Below, piece after piece: positions 48,030-58,895 of a DNA stretch of 64,000 nt. Location of the stretch: IMG/VR virus record IMGVR_UViG_2839026242_000001, positions 72,135 to 136,134 of that record; one strand, written 5' to 3'. This DNA comes from a virus (lineage: Duplodnaviria; Caudoviricetes). Below the pieces are notes generated by a model. It was given only the letters and a program-made list of their open reading frames with translations. It was not told where the DNA came from and searched no databases. Position 1 is the stretch's first letter. Every line of letters starts with the position of its first letter. The translations under genes were made by a program, and so were the position numbers.

Positions 48030-49271
48030 TTGAAAGGTATGAGTCCAATGCGTAAATTTTTATTTGATACAAACGCATTACTCAGAAAGCCACATTTTTT
48101 AGATATGGCTGATGAGATATTCATCCCCTATGTTGTTCTCGAAGAATTGGATAAAATCAAGATTCGTAATGACGATTTGGGATTTCGAGCTAGATACGCA
48201 GTAAGACTATTGAAATCTAAGAATAATGTGGCGTTTGACAAAGATGCAATATCCTCAATACACAATATTAATGATAATGTGATTATTGAATCAGCAAAAC
48301 GAAATCAATGCATTCTTGTTACAGGAGATTATCTTGTACAACTAAAAGCAGAAAGTTATGGGATTGAAGCTTTTGACCTAGATGAGTCTGATAATATTGA
48401 CCATGACTATTCTGGAATTCATGAACTTTTCATTGATCCTAACCAGCAAGATTCATATGAATTACTTGCACAGTTATATCAAGGATTACCAATTAACAAC
48501 TTTAATTTAGTTAAAAATCAGTATCTTGTGATTTGGGACAAAACAAAACCTACTTATGATGAAAATAACATTCATACAGGATATGAAGTAATTGATAAAT
48601 TAAAATATAATGGCGAACGATTCGTAAAGTTGTCATACAAGCCAATTTATAATGCTTTTACTGGTAAGGTTAAGCCTTTAAATGTAAAGCAAGAATTGAT
48701 GTTTGATATGTTACAGGATAAATCAGTTACTTGTAAGGCTACTTTCGGTTCGTTCGGTGTTGGAAAAGACTTTGTTATGATTTCTCATGCGATTGATCTT
48801 ATTCAAAAAGGTAAGAAACTCGTATGGGTTAGAAATAACGTAGAAGTTAAGGATTCTAATCCAATTGGGTTCTTACCTTCTGACATGAATTCTAAACTTC
48901 TCCCCTATGCCATGCCCTTAGCGGATCACCTCGGTGGCGTTGAAGCATTAGAAGCTTATTTAGCAAGTGGAAAAATTGAAATCCAACATCTTGGATTCAT
49001 GCGTGGTAGGGATATCAAAGATTCTATTATCTATGTAACAGAGTGCGAAAATAACACGAAGGAACATATACAGTTGCTGCTTGGTCGCGTTTCAGATGGA
49101 AGTCAATTGTGGATGAATGGAGATATTCGTCAAATTGACCACGAGAAGTTTACTTACAACAATGGTGTTAATGCACTGAAACGTCTTAAAGGAAATAAAT
49201 TGTATTCACAAGTTACTTTGGATAAAGTTGAACGTTCAGAAACAGCTAAATTAGCTGATTTACTTGATTAA
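48030..49271 (+). CDS. PIN domain plus PhoH-like ATPase
   Basis: DTNALL, VLEELD, ND..I, TGD (PIN domain); G..GVGKD, MRGRDI, GD..QID (PhoH). Confidence 0.88.
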   Translation: MKGMSPMRKFLFDTNALLRKPHFLDMADEIFIPYVVLEELDKIKIRNDDLGFRARYAVRLLKSKNNVAFDKDAISSIHNINDNVIIESAKRNQCILVTGDYLVQLKAESYGIEAFDLDESDNIDHDYSGIHELFIDPNQQDSYELLAQLYQGLPINNFNLVKNQYLVIWDKTKPTYDENNIHTGYEVIDKLKYNGERFVKLSYKPIYNAFTGKVKPLNVKQELMFDMLQDKSVTCKATFGSFGVGKDFVMISHAIDLIQKGKKLVWVRNNVEVKDSNPIGFLPSDMNSKLLPYAMPLADHLGGVEALEAYLASGKIEIQHLGFMRGRDIKDSIIYVTECENNTKEHIQLLLGRVSDGSQLWMNGDIRQIDHEKFTYNNGVNALKRLKGNKLYSQVTLDKVERSETAKLADLLD

Positions 49272-49316
49272 TACATATAAAAAGAGTATTTCATTCAATT
49301 ATGGGAGGCAATTAGA

Positions 49317-49517
49317 ATGGCAAATTTCAACTCAAATTTTAGTGTGACAGGGCTATTGAATTTGGATATGATGCAAATTACAGAAGAGACAAAAAAGGAC
49401 ATCCAAATCTTTGACCTGCGAAAAATTCTTGGTAAGTACGATGGATACAAAGTAAAATTATCAGTTTCTATCGAAGCAGATGATTCCGAGTTCTTGGCAG
49501 ACGATAATAAGGGGTGA
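49317..49517 (+). CDS. YonK-like small protein
   Basis: Size, sequence pattern and SPbeta synteny. Confidence 0.65.
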   Translation: MANFNSNFSVTGLLNLDMMQITEETKKDIQIFDLRKILGKYDGYKVKLSVSIEADDSEFLADDNKG

Positions 49518-49521
49518 TTGA

Positions 49522-50703
49522 ATGAGTATTATCTCCCCTCACCTACGGCAGCAAAACGAAAGTCTTGAGCAGTATAAAGAACGGCTTGTAATGAATAAAG
49601 AATCTTACGGCTTGTACTGGTCAGACATTGCACAGTTATGGCTAGATCATACTGGTGAACGAAAAAGTGATGACTACTTTCGGAAGTTTAGAAAGCGACT
49701 TGTTAAAGATGAAAAGCAACAACATAAACAAGTCAGTTTAAAATTTGATGATGTTGAAGATAAAATTATTCAATTCCAAAAAGAAAAATACAAAATTCAA
49801 GATCAAAAACGTGAATACCGAAATTTGATTCGAAACGATGCTCGTTTCGAACACCTTAAAGAAGAAATAATCAAGGCTGTCCATGAAGTCGCTAAATTGA
49901 AGCCAATTAATTGGAACCAGCCTGTTAAAGCAACGGGCGACAAAGAGGCCGTTGTTCTCTTCTCTGACTGGCACTATGGGATTGTATCTGATAATTATTT
50001 CAACAAATTTAACCCTGATATATTTCATGAACGGATAAAAACTCTTGCACATAAGACTATTGAATATGGAAAATTACATGACGTAAAAACGCTTCATGTT
50101 TTTAATTTGGGCGACATTGTGAGCGGCAACTTGCATGTATCAGTTCGAGTTCAAAACTCTGAGGATATTATTTCTCAAGTTAAAGTAGTATCAGAGACAA
50201 TTAGCGAAGTGCTTGCAAAATTGTCCACTGAATTTGAAGAAGTCAAATTCTATAGTGTGCGTGGAAACCATGACAGGGTTACAGCAAATAAGCATGATGC
50301 TATTTCTAAAGAAAGTTTCGCTGACATTGTTCCGTGGTATGTCAAAGCGAGAACCTGTCATATTCCTAACTTACAAGTTATAGACAATACCTTTGATGAC
50401 GAAATGATTGTGGCTGATGTTGCTGGTCATACTGTCATCGGTGTTCATGGTCATAAAGATCGTGTATCTGAAGTGGCACAGAACTTGACAGTAATGCTCA
50501 AAATGTTTCCTGTGGCAATTTGTATGGGACATTACCACCATAACTGGGAAAAAGAATTTAACGGCATTGATGTTATTGTTAACCCATCTCTATCTGGAAC
50601 TGATGAATATGCAAGAGACATTCGCAAAGTAAGTAAACCAGCCCAAAAGATACTTATCTTCGATGAGACTGGTCAAATTTGTACATATAAAATTTTATTA
50701 TAA
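49522..50703 (+). CDS. Calcineurin-like metallophosphoesterase (YonJ-like)
   Basis: SDWHYG, LGDIV, GNHDR, HGH, GHYHH. Confidence 0.88.
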   Translation: MSIISPHLRQQNESLEQYKERLVMNKESYGLYWSDIAQLWLDHTGERKSDDYFRKFRKRLVKDEKQQHKQVSLKFDDVEDKIIQFQKEKYKIQDQKREYRNLIRNDARFEHLKEEIIKAVHEVAKLKPINWNQPVKATGDKEAVVLFSDWHYGIVSDNYFNKFNPDIFHERIKTLAHKTIEYGKLHDVKTLHVFNLGDIVSGNLHVSVRVQNSEDIISQVKVVSETISEVLAKLSTEFEEVKFYSVRGNHDRVTANKHDAISKESFADIVPWYVKARTCHIPNLQVIDNTFDDEMIVADVAGHTVIGVHGHKDRVSEVAQNLTVMLKMFPVAICMGHYHHNWEKEFNGIDVIVNPSLSGTDEYARDIRKVSKPAQKILIFDETGQICTYKILL

Positions 50704-51037
50704 GGGACGTGACCTTATGAGCTTTAAAGGATTTAATTTCAATAATAATCGTTTCAATCAAGAACATCATTATGATGTTGAAGATCAAAATATTGAAATC
50801 AATCTTCGAGATGCTGAGGATATTGTAGAAGAGTATCTTAATCTAATTAAAGGTGCTCAGTCAGAAAATGAATTACGTGTTTATTTGTTAGATTTCTATG
50901 ATGATGCATCAGTCAATGAAATTAAACACTACATTCATGAAGATATCACCCGTAAAATGGGAGATCTTTATGAAATTGAAATTGGTCGACTTGCTGGTGA
51001 TGAAGGCTGCGATTGTGGTTGTTGTGACATTGAATAA
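50663..51037 (+). CDS. Acidic hypothetical protein (likely start at MSFKG)
   Basis: ORF track. Confidence 0.65.
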   Translation: MRLVKFVHIKFYYKGRDLMSFKGFNFNNNRFNQEHHYDVEDQNIEINLRDAEDIVEEYLNLIKGAQSENELRVYLLDFYDDASVNEIKHYIHEDITRKMGDLYEIEIGRLAGDEGCDCGCCDIE

Positions 51038-51209
51038 TCTAATCAAATATTAATTTTATTCACCCCTTTTGTAGAGCCTTTTTAACAGCGTCCAATTATC
51101 ATCTGGACGTTGATTAAAGCGGCTCTTTTGTCGCTTTGAATAGGGATAGGAGCAATCCGAAAGGAGTAGCCCTCCCCTACTTCTTCCCTATTCCTTTTTT
51201 ATTGGAGGT

Positions 51210-52136
51210 ATGAAAATGAGTAAAATAAAATCAAACGCGAAACCAGATAAGATCACATGTTTGAAGTGCGAGAAAGCAAAGTCTAAAAGTAATTTTTATA
51301 TGAATACTAATCCTCTATTCTCTAAATCCTTTGAGCAGTTACCTATATGTAAGAGTTGCTTTCAAAATTATATAAACGAAGGAATAGATGAACAAGATTA
51401 TTTTTTCAGAGTAGTGCTGGTTCTTGCTTTACTTAACAGGCCAATGATTACTCAAGAATGGAATCAGATCAACCGAGTATGGGAGAAATATATCCCTCCT
51501 ATATCTTCACTCCCTCAACATAAAGGACTTCAGTTTAAAGATAGTGATTTTTTAACCTATGACAAGAATGTACAAGAGGATAGTCTCCAAGATAACATGC
51601 TTAATATGAATTTTGACGACTCTTTGGATATTAGAGAAATGGTAAAGTATTGGGGTAAAGGTTACAGTGCAGAAGAGTATTCTTATCTTGAAGAAGAAAA
51701 GTGTAAATTGATGTCAAGTTTCGAATGTCCAGACTATGGAATGGAAATGATTATGCGTGACATTTGTTTCATTAATCTTGATATCGAAAAAGCACGAAGC
51801 AATCCAAAATCCAGTACTACTTCAGAAATCAGTAAGTTAATTGAAACAAGAAGTAAATTGATGAACGATGCTAAAATGAAACCGATTCAAGCAACTGGTG
51901 CGGAAGCAAATGACCAAATTACTTTCGGTACTTTGATAAAAAAATGGGAAAATGATAAACCAGTTCCTCCTGTTCTGGATGATGAAATGAAAAGATATAT
52001 AGATACATTTATGGTTGGTCATCTTGCGAAAATGGAAGGTTTAAATAATGAGTTAACTGAGAAATACGATAAAGCCCTAGCCCCATATACAATTGATTTT
52101 AGAGAAATAAATAAAGATGTTGATGAGGAAGATTAA
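51210..52136 (+). CDS. Zinc-finger protein upstream of terminase, possible terminase small subunit
   Basis: CLKC...CKSC motifs; position immediately before terL. Confidence 0.6.
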   Translation: MKMSKIKSNAKPDKITCLKCEKAKSKSNFYMNTNPLFSKSFEQLPICKSCFQNYINEGIDEQDYFFRVVLVLALLNRPMITQEWNQINRVWEKYIPPISSLPQHKGLQFKDSDFLTYDKNVQEDSLQDNMLNMNFDDSLDIREMVKYWGKGYSAEEYSYLEEEKCKLMSSFECPDYGMEMIMRDICFINLDIEKARSNPKSSTTSEISKLIETRSKLMNDAKMKPIQATGAEANDQITFGTLIKKWENDKPVPPVLDDEMKRYIDTFMVGHLAKMEGLNNELTEKYDKALAPYTIDFREINKDVDEED

Positions 52137-52138
52137 GA

Positions 52139-53983
52139 ATGGCTGGGTATAAGAACTTCCAAGTCAATAGAAATAAAAACAAAAATGCAGTTGGTGTTTT
52201 CGATAAAGGGCGCAATTTAAACAAGAGCGCCGACAATTTAACAAAGTCTCAAAAGTTAATGAATGGTGTTGCAGCATGGGCTTCATTCTATCGTTCTCGT
52301 CCAGACATTTTCGCTGAAGAATATCTTGGCTTGACTTTAAAACCATTTCAAAAAATTTTACTTTATTGCATGATTATATACAACTACACGGCATTCTTTG
52401 CGAGTCGTGGACTTGGTAAAACATATTTAACGGCTTTGTATTGTGTAGTTAGATGTATTCTCTTCCCTGGTACAAAAATCATTATTGCTGCTGGTCAAAA
52501 GTCACAGGGTATGAAGGTTGTAACTGAAAAGATTCCAGAGTTAATCAACCAGTCTAAAACTGGAATGTTACGAAGGGAAATTAAAGGTTCTATTAGGACA
52601 AACATGAACACAGATGATCCTCATGTTGAGTTCGTAAATGGCTCATGGATTAAAGTTGTTGCAGCAACTCAAGGTGCTCGTTCAGCTCGCGCTAATCTGC
52701 TTGTTCTTGATGAGTTCCGTATGATTGACCCTTTGATTTACAAAAACGTACTGAGACGTTTTCTTGCTGCTTCAAGACAGCCGGGATTCTTAGAAAAACC
52801 AGAATATAAAAACAAACAAGAGTACCTAGAGAGAAACCAAGAAATCTTCTTAACATCTTGCTATTACAAATTTAATTGGTCTTATGAAAGATTTAAGGTT
52901 TTTATTAAAGCAATGTTAGATGGTAAAAAGTACTTTGTTTGTGGACTTCCATATCAGATTGCAATTAAAGAAAATCTCGTAAACCGCGAACAGTTGCTTG
53001 ATGAGATTTCTGAGGACGATTTAGATGAAATTGGTTGGACAATGGAGATGGAGTCGTTATTCTTCGGTGAAAGTGATAAGGCATATTTCAAGACCGAAGA
53101 AATAAAAGAAATTAAAACAGTTCAATTCCCTATTTACAAGAAAGAAGTTCAAGCATTAATTAAAAATAATAAAAATTTTATAAATAAGAAAAAAGAAGGC
53201 GAAATTAGAATCTTAAGTTGTGATATTGCATTGCTTGGTGGGGATGCAAATGACTCATCTGTTTATACATTAATTTCAGCAAAGAAAAATAGGACAGGCA
53301 CAAGATACAAAAGAGAAGTATTAAACATTGAAGCGCATCAGGGGTTGCATCCTGAGACACAATCACTCATCATCAGGAGACTTTTTGATGATTTTGAATG
53401 CGATTATATTGTTTTAGATCGACAAGGAAATGGTATTAGTGTTTATGGATATTTGTGCAGAAGACAATATGATGATGAGAGAAAGAAAGAGTATCCTGCT
53501 TTATATTCAATGAACGAGAAAGATGAACCTAAACTTGCTGCTTTCCATATAGAAGATGACTATGAAGAAAAAATTTATACGGTCTCCCCTTCAGAAGAAT
53601 TTAATCACAATATTGCACTTGACTTAAAAGATAAGATTGTAAATAAAAGAATATCATTCTTGATCTCAAAAAATGATATTCGAGAATTTTTTGTAAATGA
53701 GACGTGGTTTAATAAACTATCAACAGAAGAGCAGATTGAACTGTTAAATCCTTATCTTCAAACAATTTTGCTTGAAAATGAAATGGTCTTATTAGAACGA
53801 GTAGAACATCATAAATATGTAAAATTAAAAGAACAATCAGGGAAAAGAAAAGACCGTTATTCTTCGTTGGCTTATGGTAACTACTTCATTAGCTTATTGG
53901 AAAATGAACTTCAACACAAGAAAGAAGAAATAGACATATTTAGCATGCCCACTCTTGTTTCTACATTGGATATTAAATTGTGA
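52139..53983 (+). CDS. Terminase large subunit (YonF-like)
   Basis: SRGLGKT Walker A, LVLDE Walker B, nuclease motifs CDIA and KDRYSS. Confidence 0.9.
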   Translation: MAGYKNFQVNRNKNKNAVGVFDKGRNLNKSADNLTKSQKLMNGVAAWASFYRSRPDIFAEEYLGLTLKPFQKILLYCMIIYNYTAFFASRGLGKTYLTALYCVVRCILFPGTKIIIAAGQKSQGMKVVTEKIPELINQSKTGMLRREIKGSIRTNMNTDDPHVEFVNGSWIKVVAATQGARSARANLLVLDEFRMIDPLIYKNVLRRFLAASRQPGFLEKPEYKNKQEYLERNQEIFLTSCYYKFNWSYERFKVFIKAMLDGKKYFVCGLPYQIAIKENLVNREQLLDEISEDDLDEIGWTMEMESLFFGESDKAYFKTEEIKEIKTVQFPIYKKEVQALIKNNKNFINKKKEGEIRILSCDIALLGGDANDSSVYTLISAKKNRTGTRYKREVLNIEAHQGLHPETQSLIIRRLFDDFECDYIVLDRQGNGISVYGYLCRRQYDDERKKEYPALYSMNEKDEPKLAAFHIEDDYEEKIYTVSPSEEFNHNIALDLKDKIVNKRISFLISKNDIREFFVNETWFNKLSTEEQIELLNPYLQTILLENEMVLLERVEHHKYVKLKEQSGKRKDRYSSLAYGNYFISLLENELQHKKEEIDIFSMPTLVSTLDIKL

Positions 53984-54002
53984 AAAGAAATGAGGTGATG
54001 AC

Positions 54003-55583
54003 TTGTCCACTAAAGAATTCGTAGAACAATTAGATGAAGATACTTATCTCGTCACATCTGAAGCCATAGAACGACAAATGCTTGTTGAAGCCGTTCGTGA
54101 CTATCAAAATAAATCTGGTATTAAGTCAACTTATTTTAACGAAAATGGTCTGATTAACTTTAAAATTGATGATATTGATAAACTTGCGCTAAATGCACAA
54201 ACAAATTTACAAAATATAATAAAAATCAATAACATAGTGCGGTTTTTCGTAAACAAAAATGATATTCTAGGTAAAGTATATGAAGCCATCGAGACAAATG
54301 TTAACTCTGAATGGACGTTGAGTTACCCCAATTATAACGAATCAGAAAAAGAAACATTTGATGAAGTTGATCGGTTAATTAGAGACTTTAACCAAAAAAT
54401 AAATTTAAATCGCCTAATTACTGAATCAATACCGATGACTTACCTAGAAGGTAATTATCCTATGTATCTTAGAAATGATGGAAATGGCAATTATCAGGTA
54501 GACTACTACCCTCTTGGGGTATGTGAAGTAGCTGATTATACGGAAAATGGTGAGCCATATCTTCTAATCAATATCAGTGAGTTAAAAAGCAGACTTCAAA
54601 AGATATACAAAAAAGACAAGAAAAATAAAGCATTGTTCTACTCAAACATGGATGAAGAAATTAAGAGTACATACCCTGAAGAAGTGTTTAAAGCATATAA
54701 GAACAATGAACAATATGCGAAACTCAATATTGATTTTACTGGTATTCCGAGAGTAAACAATTTAAAGAGAAAATATGGTCTCTCCCCTATCTTCAAGGCA
54801 TTAAAGTCTGTTATTAGGCTTGAAAACATCGAATTGTCAGATGACAAGAATACTTTGGTTCGCGGTAAAAAAATTATATTTCAAAAGCTAAGTAAGGAAC
54901 TAATAACGAGCGACAAGCCAATTGCTAACATTACTTGGCATGCAGCTCAAGCAAAGGCTCACATGGATCTAATGGCTGCTTTAAACAGCCAAGGAACTAG
55001 TGTTTTTACTGGTACACCTTGGACTGAAAGTATTGAATACATTGAACCAAAATTAGAACTCACTAATGTTCAAACAAAAAATCAATATCGTCAAGAAATT
55101 ATGACTGCTGTAGGTATCTCATTCCTTAATGCTGGCGACAAAGCATATGGCAGTGCCAAGATTAGCATTGAGGAATTGATGAAAACTATCAACAAAATCG
55201 GAGAACAGCTCGAACACATTTTGCATAAATGGTACAAGTTTCTCCTTTTAGAAAATGGTTATGATGTAAAGTACTGCCCCAAGATCAAAGTCATCAATTC
55301 CGAAAAATTGAACATGGAATTGTCTATGGATTATGCAAAACTATTGCATAGTCAGTTGAACGCTTCTCTTCACACTGTTTATTCTGTTTTAGGACTTGAT
55401 GTAAAAACGGAAGCTAAACTTCGTCAAGAAGAAAAGGAAAATGGCTATGAAGAAATCTTCTCCCCTCGCCTTACTTCTTACACAACAAGCAAGGATGTAG
55501 ATGGTCAAGGTCGTCCAGCGAGTAATGAAGATTTGGACAAGCAAGGTTATGACCAAGATTACAATCAAAATGTAGGTAGGTAA
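54003..55583 (+). CDS. Portal protein (YonE-like)
   Basis: Position after terL, size, YGLSP motif and C-terminal GRP. Confidence 0.75.
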   Translation: MSTKEFVEQLDEDTYLVTSEAIERQMLVEAVRDYQNKSGIKSTYFNENGLINFKIDDIDKLALNAQTNLQNIIKINNIVRFFVNKNDILGKVYEAIETNVNSEWTLSYPNYNESEKETFDEVDRLIRDFNQKINLNRLITESIPMTYLEGNYPMYLRNDGNGNYQVDYYPLGVCEVADYTENGEPYLLINISELKSRLQKIYKKDKKNKALFYSNMDEEIKSTYPEEVFKAYKNNEQYAKLNIDFTGIPRVNNLKRKYGLSPIFKALKSVIRLENIELSDDKNTLVRGKKIIFQKLSKELITSDKPIANITWHAAQAKAHMDLMAALNSQGTSVFTGTPWTESIEYIEPKLELTNVQTKNQYRQEIMTAVGISFLNAGDKAYGSAKISIEELMKTINKIGEQLEHILHKWYKFLLLENGYDVKYCPKIKVINSEKLNMELSMDYAKLLHSQLNASLHTVYSVLGLDVKTEAKLRQEEKENGYEEIFSPRLTSYTTSKDVDGQGRPASNEDLDKQGYDQDYNQNVGR

Positions 55584-55589
55584 ATTTTT

Positions 55590-55739
55590 ATGGATTATAA
55601 AATTAAATGCCCTTGTTGTAATGAAAATTTAGTTGTATCGCTACAAGATACAACCATTTTTATTTCTTCTGCTGGTGATAATTCATCAGATATTGAAGTT
55701 AGTGAAATACTTTCTGGTATGAATATTGAATTTGGTTGA
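55590..55739 (+). CDS. Small hypothetical protein (49 aa)
   Basis: Manual translation MDYKIKCPCCNENL... Confidence 0.55.
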   Translation: MDYKIKCPCCNENLVVSLQDTTIFISSAGDNSSDIEVSEILSGMNIEFG

Positions 55740-55774
55740 TCCTTCTAGACATAGAAAGGTGGTGAGAAGAAATA

Positions 55775-57298
55775 ATGGGTGATACTGTTAAACTTTATAG
55801 CAATCAAGTTGTGCTTCTGAGTGAAGACAATGATGATAATGATAGCATAGATGCAAAATTTATTATATGTGATTTTAGTCCAAATGCAAACGATGTTTCT
55901 TTGAATAGAAGTACTATTGAAGATTGGCTTGATACTCTACTTAATAAACCAGTTGTAGGTAAAGTTGTCAAAAAATTTGATGGTAAGGAAGATTTCACTG
56001 GTCATAATGTAAAAGTAGTTGAAGAAGTTGATAGCAATGGAAACAAGTATAAAACTGTTGAGTTTGACACTCAGGCATTTGGTTCTTTTTATAATGTTGG
56101 TTTAGAGACTATTGACGGTGTTGAAAACATAGTTGCTACGGCGAAGATATGGAAAAGATTCAAGACTGCTTTTCGAGTTTTCAAGGAACGAGCAGAAAGC
56201 AAAAAAGGCTTGAAAACTTCTTGGGAGATCAGTGTTAAAGAATCTCATACCGAGAAAATAAAAAACAAAAAAATAAAGGTTATTGATGATGGTATTTTTA
56301 TTGGTCATGCAGTTCTAGGTGCTGATGTACAACCTGCGTACAAAAGTAGCGGCGTGATTAATGTTTCTTCTGAGGAAGAACATGATATGGAACTTGCAGA
56401 AGCACTCTCTCAAGATGTTTTGTCTTTATCTGAGGATGAAAATATCAGTGATGATAAAGATTCTATAAAAAATCAAGCAATAGCAAATTTAAATAAAGGA
56501 GGAAACGAATTCGTGGGAAGCAACAAAAACCCTGATACATCTGCTTTGACAGAAAATGATGTGTATCGCAAAGTGCGAAAAGCTATCAACAGCACTTCTG
56601 AGGATAAGTATTATTATTTGTCAATGATTTATCCATATGAATATAAAGCATACGCTTATACATGGGATCGAGAAAAAGATTCTGACTTTATTGAATTTAC
56701 TTATGTTGTAAATTCAGATGATACCATCAGTATTACCAGTCAAAAAGCAGTTGAAATGACATTCGTACTAAAAGAAACTATCGATTCTCAGGTTGCTCAG
56801 CTTCAAAAACAACTTGAAGATGCAGAAAAACAAATTGCTGAAGCTGGGAAATCTTTGACTGATTTGTCTAAAGAAAAGGAACAACTTGAAGCTACCATTG
56901 CTGAACTAACTCCCTTCAAGGAAAAAGTAGAAGAAATGATACAAGCTGAAAAAGAAAAAGAATTGGCTGAGAAAAAAGAACAGCTTAAATCACATGCCCT
57001 AGAAGATGATCTTATCACTTCCGAGGAATTGGAACAAGACGAACAGTTGGCTTCTATCTTTGCAGAACTAACTCTTGAAAACTTTGAAGCAAGCCAAGAA
57101 AAAATCGATGTAATTAAAGGGCGTAAAGCAATTGCTAAATTTAAGAGTGTAAAAAATAATAATCAAGATATGAGTAATGTTGATACAAGCTCTACAAATA
57201 AATTTGCATCAACGAAGACTGATCTTAACAATGGTGACTCTGATGCTATTTTGAGTGCTGTCGATATTATTAAATCAGTGCTAAATAAAAATAAATAA
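55775..57298 (+). CDS. Prohead protease/scaffold (YonD-like)
   Basis: TSWEI and QPAY motifs, C-terminal acidic coiled coil, synteny. Confidence 0.7.
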   Translation: MGDTVKLYSNQVVLLSEDNDDNDSIDAKFIICDFSPNANDVSLNRSTIEDWLDTLLNKPVVGKVVKKFDGKEDFTGHNVKVVEEVDSNGNKYKTVEFDTQAFGSFYNVGLETIDGVENIVATAKIWKRFKTAFRVFKERAESKKGLKTSWEISVKESHTEKIKNKKIKVIDDGIFIGHAVLGADVQPAYKSSGVINVSSEEEHDMELAEALSQDVLSLSEDENISDDKDSIKNQAIANLNKGGNEFVGSNKNPDTSALTENDVYRKVRKAINSTSEDKYYYLSMIYPYEYKAYAYTWDREKDSDFIEFTYVVNSDDTISITSQKAVEMTFVLKETIDSQVAQLQKQLEDAEKQIAEAGKSLTDLSKEKEQLEATIAELTPFKEKVEEMIQAEKEKELAEKKEQLKSHALEDDLITSEELEQDEQLASIFAELTLENFEASQEKIDVIKGRKAIAKFKSVKNNNQDMSNVDTSSTNKFASTKTDLNNGDSDAILSAVDIIKSVLNKNK

Positions 57299-57316
57299 TT
57301 TAGGAGGAATACATAA

Positions 57317-57766
57317 ATGCTTCGTAATATTATTACTGGGTCTAAAGTTGTTGAAATTTACAAAGTTGGCTCTGATCTACCTCGTGGTTCCGTTGTTGCC
57401 AAAAATCTAACTACCAAAGTTGCTGATAAGGCTACCACAGGCAGTGCCGAAACATACCTACTGGATTTTGATGCTCAACCAACTGGTTGTATGAGTGATG
57501 TAGAGATTTCTGCTTATGATTCTACTATGGATACCGTAAAAGCAGGCTCTCTTGCGATCCTCATTACTCCTGCTGTTGGTTCTCAATGGGCTTCTGACCA
57601 AGTGACGGCTACTGGTCTAACTGCTGGAGATTATCTGGTTGCAGATGATGGGAAGCTCGTTAAAGCAACTACGGGTCAAACCTCGACCTACCGTTATATT
57701 GGTGAATACATGGATGGTAATGTGAAGCTGCATCAATTTGAAGTTGTTTTCCCTCATACGGTTTAA
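57317..57766 (+). CDS. Head decoration/stabilisation protein (putative)
   Basis: Small beta-rich protein immediately before the capsid gene. Confidence 0.6.
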   Translation: MLRNIITGSKVVEIYKVGSDLPRGSVVAKNLTTKVADKATTGSAETYLLDFDAQPTGCMSDVEISAYDSTMDTVKAGSLAILITPAVGSQWASDQVTATGLTAGDYLVADDGKLVKATTGQTSTYRYIGEYMDGNVKLHQFEVVFPHTV

Positions 57767-57801
57767 TCTAAAATATTAAAGAAAGGAATTGAGAGTTAAT
57801 T

Positions 57802-58806
57802 ATGTCTAAACTATTTACTACAGAAATTGCTTCTGCTATGCAGGAGAAAAATATTATTGAAGTTTCTGAGCGTGCAAAGATGAATCAGTTAGACGCAAGC
57901 GACAAAGAAATGATTGAAGTGCTTGATGCATTTGCCAAAGAAGTTGGAAACTCTGGTCGTTCGCACGAAAATACATATATGGTTTCTGAGTTGATTAAAC
58001 GTACTGTTGAACCTCTTGTGTTCCAGCCAGATTCAAGCATCTTGTCTGATGTTTTTAATATGGGTAGTATTGGAGAGTTTGATGAAGCAGTATATACTGG
58101 TCTGCCAAAAAATACGCTTCAAGCACATGAAACACATCGCGGCGGCAACGTTCCTAAGAGTTATGTAGATCCAACTATTTTCAAACCTGTTCAACACAAA
58201 CTCCAAGTAGAAACAGAGTTGAACTATTCTGATCTTCGACGCAATGGTTGGAAGTCAATTGCAAAAATGACTGAATTGACTCGTGAAGCTTTTGAACAAG
58301 AAATGTTCTATATCCTGTTTGCTGGAATTGATTCAGCTCTAGACGCAGTATCTGGCGATCAAAATATTAATACAGGTTCAGCTCTCACTCCATCTAACGC
58401 TCAAGTATTTGCGCGTTATCTACGCGACATGTCTGAAGGCAATCCGTTCATGGTTGGACTTTCTAAATATGTCGATCAAGTCGCTTACATGACAGGATAT
58501 GAAACTTACCTAAGTAACGAAATGAAAAATGAACTAAATCGTCTTGGTCGTGTTGCTATGTATGATGGCGTAAAATTAACTTCTGTGCCAACTGCGAAGA
58601 AAACTGCCAAAGGTATGACTCTTCTCCCTGATAAACGTATCTTTGGTATTGCGGGTGTAATTGGTGACGCTCAAATGCGTGGCGAAATGCGTTTCTATGA
58701 AACTTATGATAATAACGCTGAAAAAGTTGAGCTAAAATTCACTGGCTATGACTTTGAGTATGCCATTTATTATCTGGATAAAATCGCTCGCGTTGTATTT
58801 GCCTAA
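57802..58806 (+). CDS. Major capsid protein (YonB-like)
   Basis: Size, synteny, followed by a terminator. Confidence 0.75.
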   Translation: MSKLFTTEIASAMQEKNIIEVSERAKMNQLDASDKEMIEVLDAFAKEVGNSGRSHENTYMVSELIKRTVEPLVFQPDSSILSDVFNMGSIGEFDEAVYTGLPKNTLQAHETHRGGNVPKSYVDPTIFKPVQHKLQVETELNYSDLRRNGWKSIAKMTELTREAFEQEMFYILFAGIDSALDAVSGDQNINTGSALTPSNAQVFARYLRDMSEGNPFMVGLSKYVDQVAYMTGYETYLSNEMKNELNRLGRVAMYDGVKLTSVPTAKKTAKGMTLLPDKRIFGIAGVIGDAQMRGEMRFYETYDNNAEKVELKFTGYDFEYAIYYLDKIARVVFA

Positions 58807-58818
58807 TCATAAAATTAG

Positions 58819-58854
58819 CAAGGCGTTGTTCCATCTGGTTCAACGCCTTTATTT
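58819..58854 (+). terminator. Intrinsic terminator after capsid gene
   Basis: AAGGCGTTG...CAACGCCTT followed by TATTT. Confidence 0.75.
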
Positions 58855-58895
58855 AAAATAATATTTAAGATAATAGATTTGGGAGGAATCTAAAC

